This document shows positions 1 to 9,408 of a DNA stretch of 64,000 nt, one piece after another. Source of the DNA: Candidatus Pampinifervens sinense (lineage in GTDB: Bacteria; Aquificota; Aquificia; Aquificales; Aquificaceae); contig JAXSPP010000007.1 of the NCBI GenBank assembly GCA_037927135.1, forward strand, positions 50,073 through 114,072, read 5' to 3'. Each line of letters begins with the position of its first letter. The first letter of the stretch is position 1. The notes beneath the pieces are model-generated. The model saw only the letters and a program-made list of their open reading frames with translations, was not told the origin of the DNA and did no database searches. A program made the position numbers and the translations under genes.

Positions 1-14
1 ACAAGGGCAGGATA

Positions 15-1154
15 ATGACGGACCTTCTCAAAAAGCTTCCAAAGGCTTTGCAAGAGGTCATAATAGAACACAAGGAAAAGAGGGCTATAGATATACCGGA
101 GGAGAAGAGGAAGGAAATAATAAAGAGCCTGAGGAACATGCCCGACTGGATGAGGGACTACTTAAAACAGATGTCCTACTTGGATATGATAGAAAGGGAT
201 GTGGAGTTTATAAGGCACTTTTTGCCAAAGACCTTGGAGGTGGATATAGAGCATAGGGGTTTCCTTAGCTTTTTGATAAAGGGGTGGGAGGAACAAAAGA
301 GCACAGCTTCCAGCGGTTTGAGCCTTGGGGGAAGGTCCGAAGAGAAGTCTCAAGAGGACAGGCTGTATGAAAAGGCCTACGGGATGAACAAGGAGGAGTT
401 TAAGGCCTACAGGAGGATGATATCAAACATATTGCCCTATGTGGAGGCACTAAAGAGAAGGCTTAGAAAGCTAATGCCTGAGGAGGAGGAAGGCTGGTCT
501 GGAAAATACTTTTATGGAAGAAGGCTTAACCACAAAGTCCTAAGCTTGGAGGCTTCCATAGGAAGGGGGAGGATGTACATGAGGAGGGAAGAAGGCATAA
601 GAAAGGAGCTTGCCTTTAAGCTTCTCATAGATATATCCACATCCATGAAGAGGGAGGAGAAGATAAGGAAGGCTATAGAGGCCCTTCTTTTGTTCTCTGA
701 AGTCATAAGCACTCTGAGGATGCCCTTTTCCATTGATGTGTTTAGCGACAGGGTGTTTAGATTGAAGGAATTCCATGAAGATTACAAGCTTGTAAGGTGG
801 AGGATTTTGGAGCTTTTTAACATGCTTGGTGGCGGAACAAACCTTGAAAAGGCCCTCCTTTACGCATATGAAGATATACAAACCTTTTGTAAGAAGAACA
901 ACATAAGAGGCTGTATCCTTGTCTTCTCCGATGGTGAGCCCACAAGGGGCCTAAAAGGAAAAGAGCTAAAGGACCTTATAAACCAGATAAAGGCCATCAC
1001 ACCCATAATAGGCATAGGTGTAGGACTAGAAAAGAACTATGTGGATTACTACTTTGAAGGCACTGGGATAAAGATAAAGGATGTGTCTGAGCTTACCTTA
1101 GCCTTTACAAGGATAATAGAAAATCAGGCAAGGAGGCTTCTGGCCTTTCAATAA
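15..1154 (+). CDS. vWA (MIDAS) domain protein, CbbO/NorD-like AAA-ATPase adaptor; may be 5'-partial
   Basis: C-terminal vWA motifs LLIDISTSM (DxSxS), GGGTN and FSDGEP. Confidence 0.7.
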   Translation: MTDLLKKLPKALQEVIIEHKEKRAIDIPEEKRKEIIKSLRNMPDWMRDYLKQMSYLDMIERDVEFIRHFLPKTLEVDIEHRGFLSFLIKGWEEQKSTASSGLSLGGRSEEKSQEDRLYEKAYGMNKEEFKAYRRMISNILPYVEALKRRLRKLMPEEEEGWSGKYFYGRRLNHKVLSLEASIGRGRMYMRREEGIRKELAFKLLIDISTSMKREEKIRKAIEALLLFSEVISTLRMPFSIDVFSDRVFRLKEFHEDYKLVRWRILELFNMLGGGTNLEKALLYAYEDIQTFCKKNNIRGCILVFSDGEPTRGLKGKELKDLINQIKAITPIIGIGVGLEKNYVDYYFEGTGIKIKDVSELTLAFTRIIENQARRLLAFQ

Positions 1155-1467
1155 GGAGGCTTATACCTTCTTCAGGCTTTTCTATCAAAAAAGCGTATTG
1201 AGTTATCTTTGGATAGCTTTTTGCTTCGTTGAAGAACTCTTCACCTTGGGACCTTTGACCGAGGGCATAGTTTATAAGGGCCAAAAGCATATACTTCTCT
1301 TGGCAGTCCTCTGCCAGCATGAGCCACTTGGTGGCCTCCAAATACTTAAACTCTACCACATACCTCATGCCCACATAAAGGGGATCCCTATTCTTTAAAA
1401 AATGTTCCTTCCCAAGCCTATTTCCTTCCTTATCCACTATCCTTATCCTGAACCTGACCCTCATCAC
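1105..1467 (-). CDS. hypothetical protein, short TPR-like helical segment
   Basis: 120-aa ORF with typical codon usage; overlaps the 3' end of the vWA gene. Confidence 0.55.
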   Translation of the reverse strand: MMRVRFRIRIVDKEGNRLGKEHFLKNRDPLYVGMRYVVEFKYLEATKWLMLAEDCQEKYMLLALINYALGQRSQGEEFFNEAKSYPKITQYAFLIEKPEEGISLLIERPEASLPDFLLSL

Positions 1468-1515
1468 AAAGAACTATCATGGAGTAAGTTTTAGTATGTT
1501 TTTAAATTAAAGCAC

Positions 1516-1728
1516 ATGAGAGTATACTTCAAGGATGAGCTAAAGGAGAAAAACATACTTTTGGCAAAGTCTGGTGAAGTTCCGGAAAAGATAGAGGTAG
1601 GGGAAGACACGATAAAGGTCTACGCAAAAGATGAGGTATATCATATACCTACCTCCTCTTTAAGAGGAAAGGTCATAATGGACAGGTTAAACTACAAGGG
1701 AGAACTTACACAGGAGATATATATTTAA
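1516..1728 (+). CDS. small hypothetical protein
   Basis: 70-aa ORF filling the gap upstream of bioB. Confidence 0.55.
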   Translation: MRVYFKDELKEKNILLAKSGEVPEKIEVGEDTIKVYAKDEVYHIPTSSLRGKVIMDRLNYKGELTQEIYI

Positions 1729-1753
1729 AACAAATTAAGCCAAGGAGGTTTTT

Positions 1754-2758
1754 ATGGATAGGTGGGAATCTTTTCTTTTTGAAGTGGCGGAAAAGGCCAT
1801 AAACTACCAAAAGCTTACAAAGGAAGAAGCGCTAAACATACTGAGAACACCCGATGAATATGTGGCCCTTATGGTCTATCTTGCACAAAAGGTTAAGAAC
1901 CACTTTCATCCACCCGATAGGATAGAGTTCTGTTCTATCATAAACGCCAAGAGTGGTGCATGTTCGGAAGATTGCAAATTCTGCGCCCAGTCTAAGTTCT
2001 ATAAAACACCTATAAACGTCTATGGCCTTGTGCCAAAGGAAGAGATAGTGGAAGGTGCCTACAGGGGTGTGGAGTTTGGAGCAAACAGATACTGTGTGGT
2101 TCTGAGTGGAAAGTGTGCCACAAGGGAAGAAGTGGAAAGAATATGCGAAGGTGTAAGGGAGATAAAAAAGGAAGGACTTCCCATAAATGTGTGCGTTTCT
2201 GCCGGAACCCTTGATGAGGAGTCTTTAAGAAAGTTAAAAGAGGCCGGTGTGAGACGTGTAAACCATAACCTTGAGGCATCGGAAAATTTCTTTCCAAAGA
2301 TAGTGTCCACCCACTCTTGGAGAGAAAGGTATGAGACCATAAAGAGGATAAAGGCTGTGGGCCTCTCCACCTGTTGTGGTGGCATATTCGGTATGGGAGA
2401 AAGCGATGAGGACAGGGTGGACCTTGCCCTAACTTACAGAGACCTTGAGGTAGACTCCATACCCCTTAACTTCCTTATGCCCATTGAAGGAACACCTTTG
2501 CAGAATGCACCGGGCATATCACCCATAGAGGCCCTAAAGGTCATAGCCATGTTTAGGTTTACAAACCCAAAGGCAGAGCTAAGGCTGTGTGGTGGAAGGG
2601 AGCAAAACCTCAGAGACTTTCACGGTATGGCTGTGCTTATGGCAAATGCCATGATGGTAGGTGGATATCTCACAAGGGCAGGAAGGGATATAAAGAAGGA
2701 CTACCAGCTTTTAAAGGATCTAAAGTTTGAAAGGCTTGTAAAAATAGAACCTGTCTAA
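1754..2758 (+). CDS. bioB: biotin synthase
   Basis: Radical SAM CSEDCKFCAQS, NHNLE, CCGGIFGMGE, GGYLT; SD AGGAGG. Confidence 0.95.
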   Translation: MDRWESFLFEVAEKAINYQKLTKEEALNILRTPDEYVALMVYLAQKVKNHFHPPDRIEFCSIINAKSGACSEDCKFCAQSKFYKTPINVYGLVPKEEIVEGAYRGVEFGANRYCVVLSGKCATREEVERICEGVREIKKEGLPINVCVSAGTLDEESLRKLKEAGVRRVNHNLEASENFFPKIVSTHSWRERYETIKRIKAVGLSTCCGGIFGMGESDEDRVDLALTYRDLEVDSIPLNFLMPIEGTPLQNAPGISPIEALKVIAMFRFTNPKAELRLCGGREQNLRDFHGMAVLMANAMMVGGYLTRAGRDIKKDYQLLKDLKFERLVKIEPV

Positions 2759-2762
2759 TTCT

Positions 2763-3287
2763 CCCTGTGAATTTCCTCTTTTTCTTTTTCTTTTTTTTAT
2801 TTTTGTCTTCTATTTAATTAAATTAAAAATAATAATAGGACCCCCCGAATTTCACACCCCCTTCGCAAGTGCTTGATTTTCAAGGATTTGCCGAAAAGAA
2901 ATTTCACACCCCCTATGAAAGCCTTGATTTTTCTTGATTTTATGAAATCAGAAAGTCCTTGAGTATCAAGGATTTTAGAAGAATTTCACAATTTCACACC
3001 CTCTAATTCTAAGTATGGGTCTTTCTGAAATTTTTTGATTTTATACCCTGTAAAATTTTTACGGAAAATACAACACTTAGGATGGGGGGTGTGAAATTCC
3101 TTCACAGGGTGTGAAATTCTGTCCAAAAGGTGCATATACCCTGTGAAATTCTTTGTAAAAATTTTACGGAAAAAGCCATACTTAGAAACAGGGTGTGAAA
3201 TTCTGCCGGGGGTGTGAAATTCCCCTGTGAAATTCTTTGAATAAAAATTATGGAAAAGGCCATACTTAGGAATAGGGTGTGAAATTC
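2763..3287. repeat. iteron-like repeat locus (GGG/CCC-TGTGAAATTC) with an AT-rich tract, between convergent genes
   Basis: 7 plus-strand copies (3087, 3107, 3139, 3191, 3210, 3223, 3275), 4 minus-strand copies (2847, 2899, 2981, 2990) and variants at 2763 and 3046; AT tract about 2776-2838; no ORF of 60 aa or more. Confidence 0.9.
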
Positions 3288-3301
3288 TTTTATGATTTAT
3301 G

Positions 3302-4828
3302 TCATAATGTGGGTGCCTTTTCGTTTATCCTGAACTGAAGGGCCTCTGCAATATGGTGGCTTGCTATCTTTTCTTCACCTTCAAGGTCTGCTATGGTCCT
3401 TGAGACCTTCAAAACCTTCATATAGCCTCTGCCTGTAAGGTTTAGCTTCTCAAGGGCACTCCTCAAGAGGTTTTTTGCCTCCTGCGTCATCACACAATAC
3501 TTTTTCACCTCTTCATTGGTCATACGTGAGTTATACTTTGTTTTGCTGTTTTTGAACCTCTCCCTTTGGATTTCCACAGCTCTAATGACCCTCTCCCTTA
3601 TCTGAGCGGATGTTTCTCCCGAACTCATACTAAGAAGCTCCTCCTTTTCCACTGGGTTTACCCAGACCCTTAGGTCTATCCTATCCATTATGGGCCCAGA
3701 TATCTTGGATTGATAGGCTTTTAGTTGCATTGGGGTGCATGTGCAGGCCTTGTATGGGTTTCCATAGTTTCCACAAGGGCATGGGTTCATGGCCACCACA
3801 AGCAAAAACTCTGAAGGAAAGCTCACCCTTCCTCCAACCCTTGAAACGGTAACCTTTCCATCCTCTAAGGGCTGTCTTAGAGATTCTATGGCCTTTCTGC
3901 TAAACTCTGGAAACTCATCAAGGAAGAGAACACCCCTATGGGCTAAGGAAATCTCCCCCGGCTGTGGTATGGTGCCACCTCCCACAAGGGCGGACTCTGA
4001 GGCGTTGGTAAGAGGATTTCTAAAGGGCCTTTTGGTTATTATGGGAGTCTTCTCATCCAAAAGGCCTGCCACGCTGTATATGCGTGTTATTTCTATAGCC
4101 TCTTCAAAGGTCAAGGGTGGCATTATGGTTATGAGCCTTTTGGCGAGCATGCTTTTGCCAGCTCCTGGAGGGCCAATAAGCATTACAGGATGAAAACCCG
4201 CTGCCGCTATCTCCATAGCCCTCTTTGCTTGATGCTGTCCATAGACCTCGCTAAAATCCACATCAAAGCTTTCAAAGTTTGAAAAGACCTCTTGAAGGTC
4301 CACCCTTACTGGCTCTTTTTTTATATTACCCGCTAAAAAATCCACTACCTCTTTTAAAGATTCAAAGCCATAAACCTCCACACCTTCCACAATGCCAGCT
4401 TCCTTTGCGTTCCTCATAGGCACTATAAAACGCCTATAGCCCAGCTCTTTCAAGGATAAAACCACCGGCAAAACGCCCTTCACAGGGTTTATCTTCCCAT
4501 CAAGGGAGAGCTCGCCCATGACCACATAATCCTCTGGGAAGTCCAAGCCTGTGGAAAGCCTTATGATGCCAAGGGCTATGGGAAGGTCGTAGAAGGTGCC
4601 TTGCTTTTTAAGATGTGAGGGAGAGAGGTTTACCGTTATCCTTTTTACTGGAAGCTGAAAGCCTGTGTTCTTTAGGGCTGACCTTACCCTGTCCTTTGCT
4701 TCGTTTATGGCCTTGTCTGGAAGGCCCACGATGGAAAACTGAGGAAGCCCGTTGGATATGTCCACCTCCACATCCACCTCAAACCCCTCTATCCCCAAAA
4801 CCCCACCGCTTTTTATCCTACAGAACAT
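3302..4828 (-). CDS. comM: YifB/ComM family Mg-chelatase-like AAA+ ATPase
   Basis: ChlI-like N-terminus (IVGLPD..E.K.RVRSA), Walker A GPPGAGKS, LFLDEFPEF, AMNPCPCG. Confidence 0.9.
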   Translation of the reverse strand: MFCRIKSGGVLGIEGFEVDVEVDISNGLPQFSIVGLPDKAINEAKDRVRSALKNTGFQLPVKRITVNLSPSHLKKQGTFYDLPIALGIIRLSTGLDFPEDYVVMGELSLDGKINPVKGVLPVVLSLKELGYRRFIVPMRNAKEAGIVEGVEVYGFESLKEVVDFLAGNIKKEPVRVDLQEVFSNFESFDVDFSEVYGQHQAKRAMEIAAAGFHPVMLIGPPGAGKSMLAKRLITIMPPLTFEEAIEITRIYSVAGLLDEKTPIITKRPFRNPLTNASESALVGGGTIPQPGEISLAHRGVLFLDEFPEFSRKAIESLRQPLEDGKVTVSRVGGRVSFPSEFLLVVAMNPCPCGNYGNPYKACTCTPMQLKAYQSKISGPIMDRIDLRVWVNPVEKEELLSMSSGETSAQIRERVIRAVEIQRERFKNSKTKYNSRMTNEEVKKYCVMTQEAKNLLRSALEKLNLTGRGYMKVLKVSRTIADLEGEEKIASHHIAEALQFRINEKAPTL

Positions 4829-4840
4829 AGGAAAATTATA

Positions 4841-5914
4841 TCAATCAAAAACCCTTACAATCCTATAATAGGTATCCCTCTGGGCTGGCACAAAGCCCGC
4901 AGACCTTATGGCCTCCACCATATCCTCCACCTTTGGAATGCTTACCTTGTAAGAAGTGGAAGATATCACATTCTCCTCAATCATCACGCTTCCAAGATCG
5001 TTGGCCCCAAAGTGAAGGCCTATGATGCCTATCTGCATGGTTTGGGTCACATGGGAGCTTTGAATGTTTTTGAAGTTATCAAGATATATCCTTGATATGG
5101 CAAGAACTTTTAAGTAGTAGTTGGAAGAGGCCTCTTCCAAGTTGTCAAGCTGGGTGTTGCCCTTTTTGAAGGTCCAAGGTATGAAGGCTGTAAAGCCTCC
5201 CGTCTGGTCCTGTATCCTCCTTACCCTTTCTAAGTGTTCTACTATATGCCAAGGCTTTTCCACATGACCAAACATCATGGTGGCTGTAGAGGTCATGCCA
5301 AGCTCATGGGCCGTCCTGTGGACCATCTCCCACTCTTCAACGGTGCATTTACCGGGGCTCAAAAAGCTTCGGACCTCTTGAGAAAGTATCTCTGCACCAC
5401 CGCCGGGAAGGGAATCAAGACCAGCCTCTTTTAACCTTTTTAACACTTCCCTTATACTCAGCCTCTCTATCTTTGCAAGATAGACTATCTCCGGTGCAGA
5501 AAAGGAGTGTATTTGAACCTGTGGAAATCTTTCCTTTATGGAGCTTATAAGGTCCTCATAGTAGCTAAGTGGTAGGTCTGGGTTTAGGCCACCTTGCATA
5601 AGAAGGGTTGTCCCACCCCATTCTATAAGTTCTTCAACCTTTTTGAGCACCTCCTCTTTTGAGAGCACGTAGCCCTCTGGAGAGCCTACCTTCCTTTGGA
5701 AGGCGCAGAACTTGCACCCTGCCACGCATACATTGGTGTAGTTTACATTCCTATCTATGACAAAGGTGGCTATGTTTTCTGGGTGGTGCCTTTTTCTTAC
5801 CTCGTTGGCAAGGTAGCCCAAAACTGTTATATCTTCCTCAAAAAGGCTTAAAGCCTCTTCTGGGCTTAGCCTCTCTCCTTCCAAAACCTTTTCATAGACC
5901 TCTGTCTGCACCAT
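4841..5914 (-). CDS. mqnC: cyclic dehypoxanthine futalosine synthase (radical SAM, futalosine menaquinone pathway)
   Basis: DRNVNYTNVCVAGCKFCAF, PGGGAEIL, TATMMFGH, GANDLGSVMIEENV; start moved to ATG 5914. Confidence 0.85.
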   Translation of the reverse strand: MVQTEVYEKVLEGERLSPEEALSLFEEDITVLGYLANEVRKRHHPENIATFVIDRNVNYTNVCVAGCKFCAFQRKVGSPEGYVLSKEEVLKKVEELIEWGGTTLLMQGGLNPDLPLSYYEDLISSIKERFPQVQIHSFSAPEIVYLAKIERLSIREVLKRLKEAGLDSLPGGGAEILSQEVRSFLSPGKCTVEEWEMVHRTAHELGMTSTATMMFGHVEKPWHIVEHLERVRRIQDQTGGFTAFIPWTFKKGNTQLDNLEEASSNYYLKVLAISRIYLDNFKNIQSSHVTQTMQIGIIGLHFGANDLGSVMIEENVISSTSYKVSIPKVEDMVEAIRSAGFVPAQRDTYYRIVRVFD

Positions 5915-5930
5915 GCTTAGAAAATTTATC

Positions 5931-7148
5931 TCAGGCTCCAAACTTAGCAAGCCTAAGAGAATGGGCAAGCATGAGGTTTATCAGCTTTTTGGCTGGAAAG
6001 ATGCCAAGCTCACCCTTCAAACACTCCCTTTCTGTAAACCTTTCAGATGTTCCACCAAGCACATAGGGAGAGTGCAAAAGCACGGGCACAGGATGCCAAG
6101 AGTGTCCCTTTAAAACAGAGGGTGTAGAGTGGTCCCCCGTTATCACAAGCACATCAGGCCTCAGGTCCAATATCTGTGGAAGGTTCTTATCAAACTCCTC
6201 TATAACCTTTATCTTACCTTCGTAGTTTCCATCCTCTCCGTAAGAATCTGTCTTCTTTATGTGAAGGAAGAAAAAGTCATAGTCCTTCCACACCTCTTTT
6301 AGAGCCTTTATCTCATCCTCTATGCTTTGTCCTTCAAAGCTGATTAGGTCCATGCCTACAAGGCTTGCAAGGCCTTTATACATAGGGTATACCGCTATGG
6401 CGCAGGCTTTTAGACCAAATCTCTCCTCAAAGCTTTCCATCTTTGGCTTTTGAGAAAAGCCCCTAAGGAGCATGTAGTTGGCTTTATCTTCATCCTTCAG
6501 CACCTCTTCAACCCTCTCTAAAAGCCTTCTTACCACCTTTGCCACCCTTTCGGAAGCCTCCGTCTCACCCCTTGGCTCTATAGGTTCCAGCCCTTCCTTC
6601 TGCGGGTCCGTATCCCTTATCCTGTCGCTACCTTCTGGAAGTTCCTCTGGAAATCTAAGGAGTATGGCAACCCTGTGCTCCATACCCGGCGCAAAAAAGA
6701 CCTTAACCCCGTCTATCTCCTTTATCTTTTCGGATAGCCTTGATGTTATCCTTCTGTTTTCTTCTGTGGGTATCCTTCCGGCCCTTCTGTCCTTTACTAC
6801 AAGCCTTCCGTTTAGTCTTTCTACTGTGGCATAGTTGGCCCTTATGGCTATATCGGTGGACTTCACTTCTAGCCCAAGGCCCAGAGCCTCAAGTATGCCC
6901 CTTCCTATTTGGTACTTCAAAGGGTCATAGCCAAAGAGGGCAAGATGCCCCGGCCCACTGCCGGGAGTTATGCCATAATCTACAGGGATATGGAGGCCAA
7001 GGGCAGACCTTTTTGCCAAGCTATCAAGGTTTGGCGTGCTTGCAAGCTCAAGCTCCGTTTTTCCATCCTTTACAGGAAGACCACCTATGCCATCAAGCAC
7101 AATAAGTAAAAGCTTTGTATTGTTCTTTTGAACCAGGGCCTCAAGCAT
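5931..7148 (-). CDS. apgM: 2,3-BPG-independent phosphoglycerate mutase, archaeal ApgM type
   Basis: [36 protein letters not shown]. Confidence 0.9.
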   Translation of the reverse strand: MLEALVQKNNTKLLLIVLDGIGGLPVKDGKTELELASTPNLDSLAKRSALGLHIPVDYGITPGSGPGHLALFGYDPLKYQIGRGILEALGLGLEVKSTDIAIRANYATVERLNGRLVVKDRRAGRIPTEENRRITSRLSEKIKEIDGVKVFFAPGMEHRVAILLRFPEELPEGSDRIRDTDPQKEGLEPIEPRGETEASERVAKVVRRLLERVEEVLKDEDKANYMLLRGFSQKPKMESFEERFGLKACAIAVYPMYKGLASLVGMDLISFEGQSIEDEIKALKEVWKDYDFFFLHIKKTDSYGEDGNYEGKIKVIEEFDKNLPQILDLRPDVLVITGDHSTPSVLKGHSWHPVPVLLHSPYVLGGTSERFTERECLKGELGIFPAKKLINLMLAHSLRLAKFGA

Positions 7149-7166
7149 AAAAGTTATTTTAGCACC

Positions 7167-8576
7167 TTATGGCCCTATCTGCCTTAAGAAAGGTGGTATT
7201 TCCTCCGTCTTTAGCCATCCACACTCTTCCAAAGCCCTCTCTACGGACTCTCTTGACAGCCTTGTCCTCTCCATCAAAAGCTTTACAAACTCTTCCCTCC
7301 TACCTTTAAAGCCCTCTATCTCTTCATAGCTCACCTCTGGGAATCTGGATACTATCCTATCCTTTACTATGTTCCAAGCTGCAAGGTTGGAGTATAGGTT
7401 AAACTCCTTATTTCTGACTGTTTCTTTCACCGTTAAAGATTTGAGGAATTCAATCCTCTCTGGCCTTATGGTTAAAATGGCCTCTGCCATAAGCGGGTCC
7501 ACCGTATAGAAAATGCCAAAGAGCTTTCCAAGTATCCTCCTTTGAGTTCTTATCATCTGGTCCAGTATGTCCTGCACCTCTGGTTCCACCTTATCGTATA
7601 TGAGCTCAAAGTAGTTTAGCTCTTCTAGTTCTAGGCCTCCTAGGTACCTTATAAAGTTGGCAAGCTCATGATAGCTTACAGATTCTCCTTTTATCTCTTC
7701 CTTTACCACTTCCTTTTTAGCTTCTCCGTAGTCAAGGACCACATCTGTGTGTATGGGTGGTATTATGTGGTAGGTTTCCGACTCCCATCCAGCCTTTCTA
7801 AGGATCTGCTCTGCCGCATCCATAGTGATGTTATACTTCTGCATAAGAAGCCTCTTTAGACCTTCCCTGTCCTTTTTGTATTTGTCCAATTCTTCGTCCG
7901 GTATATCCACTTCCACATATACAAGCTTTTCTTTTCCATCCTCCACAAGGATGACATTCTTTCTACCCTTTATATGCCTCTTTATAAAGCTCCAATCCTC
8001 ATCGGTCATTATAGGCTCTGGATGCCACTCTTTGGACATTTCCTCTTCAAGCTCAAGGTATGGCACGCTCTCATACCACGTGGCTTTGTTTAGCTTAGAC
8101 TCTATCACCTCTTCACTTTCTCCAAGCCTGTCTTTTACATACTCTATAAACTCTCTTCTTTTGAACTTAAACTTCTCTATCTCATCTAAGCTAAGCTCTG
8201 GAAAGAGGACCTTCAGCTTATACTTTATAAAATCCCAGTTTCCAAAGAGGTTTTGTGGCTCAAGGGCTTCATAGCCATAGGGGTTTGTCCTCAAAAACTC
8301 AAAGTAATAGCCTATGAACTTCCTCACCCTTGGGTCTGTCAGCGCCAAGGTTTTTATAAAATCTGGGTCATAGAACTCTATTATGCTAAGTAGCCTTGCT
8401 ATGTTTACCTTTTTAATGTTGTGAAGATGGCAGAGCTCTACAGCATACTTTTTGGGTATATTATCTACACCGCAGTATTCGTTGAGCACGTCCATCTCCG
8501 ACTTTAAAAGGCTTCTAAAGAAGGAAAGCTTTTCCCTTTTGGATAGGTTTTCTTTCATAAGGAGCACGCCCAACAT
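7167..8576 (-). CDS. hypothetical protein with internal repeats (CsbD-like x3, ferritin-like helical hairpin x2)
   Basis: GGAGG SD before ATG 8576; repeated W..IK.......FP..S..EIE.FK..R.EF....ER...S....E..L...GW segments. Confidence 0.75.
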   Translation of the reverse strand: MLGVLLMKENLSKREKLSFFRSLLKSEMDVLNEYCGVDNIPKKYAVELCHLHNIKKVNIARLLSIIEFYDPDFIKTLALTDPRVRKFIGYYFEFLRTNPYGYEALEPQNLFGNWDFIKYKLKVLFPELSLDEIEKFKFKRREFIEYVKDRLGESEEVIESKLNKATWYESVPYLELEEEMSKEWHPEPIMTDEDWSFIKRHIKGRKNVILVEDGKEKLVYVEVDIPDEELDKYKKDREGLKRLLMQKYNITMDAAEQILRKAGWESETYHIIPPIHTDVVLDYGEAKKEVVKEEIKGESVSYHELANFIRYLGGLELEELNYFELIYDKVEPEVQDILDQMIRTQRRILGKLFGIFYTVDPLMAEAILTIRPERIEFLKSLTVKETVRNKEFNLYSNLAAWNIVKDRIVSRFPEVSYEEIEGFKGRREEFVKLLMERTRLSRESVERALEECGWLKTEEIPPFLRQIGP

Positions 8577-8663
8577 CCTTCTCACCTCCCTTACCTTTTA
8601 AGTTATGATCTTAAGTTTTCAAGACAATAAAAGTTTCTTATGAGGCTATAATAACTTAGTGTT

Positions 8664-9356
8664 ATGGAATGTGTAGCTTCCTTTGATATTGAAACCTTCT
8701 GCCCCATTGAAAGACTCTCCCAAGAGGACCTTCTTTACCTTATAGGTAGGAAAGAACATGCATCAAAAGAAAAGCTATACAGAGAGCTCTCTACAAACCC
8801 CTATGTCTCTTACCTTATCTCCTTCTCCTTATTCTTTATAGACTCAAACAGGGCGGAGGTTTACTACATCTCTGATAAAGAGGAAAGGAAAAAGGAAGAA
8901 TACAGTATAAAGGACAGGATCATAAAGGTGGAATATTGCTCAGTGGTTTACCATCCGGAGATTTCCTTTGCAGAAAGGAAGATCCTTGAGATGTTTTGGG
9001 ATAGACTTGGTGAAGTGCAAAGACTTATAACCTTTTACGGCGAAGATTTTGATATGGAGTTTATAAAGGTAAGAACCATAATACATAACCTAAAACCTCA
9101 AACCTTTCTCCTCTATCTACAATCTAAACATCCACAAGTTTTGGATATATCAAAGTTTTTCAAAGTTGGGAAAAACCATTATTCTCTCAGTTTTATATCT
9201 ACAAAGCTTAACATTCCCATAGATAAAGGTGAGATGGAAGGTTCAAAGGTGAGGGAAGCCTTTCTCAAGGGTAGATACAGGGATATAGCTGAATACAATC
9301 TTAGGGATGCTCTAATAACCGGCATGCTGTACGAAAGGATAAAGGAATACATTTAA
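8664..9356 (+). CDS. stand-alone RNase H-like DEDDy 3'-5' exonuclease (PolB exonuclease-like)
   Basis: ExoI FDIET, ExoII TFYGEDFD, ExoIII YNLRD. Confidence 0.75.
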   Translation: MECVASFDIETFCPIERLSQEDLLYLIGRKEHASKEKLYRELSTNPYVSYLISFSLFFIDSNRAEVYYISDKEERKKEEYSIKDRIIKVEYCSVVYHPEISFAERKILEMFWDRLGEVQRLITFYGEDFDMEFIKVRTIIHNLKPQTFLLYLQSKHPQVLDISKFFKVGKNHYSLSFISTKLNIPIDKGEMEGSKVREAFLKGRYRDIAEYNLRDALITGMLYERIKEYI

Positions 9357-9408
9357 AGCTTGTTTGGAAGGTTTAAAAGGCTTATATTTAAAGTTAAGGA
9401 GGTTTTGT

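Noticed and set aside
2760-3300. CRISPR array
   Set aside because: Repeats are about 13 bp and occur in both orientations, the intervening sequences are similar to each other rather than unique, and no cas genes are in the window
2760-3300. Canonical DnaA-box oriC or CRP sites
   Set aside because: No TTATCCACA-type boxes were seen, and the only TGTGA...TCACA pair (3090-3106) has a 7-nt rather than 6-nt spacer
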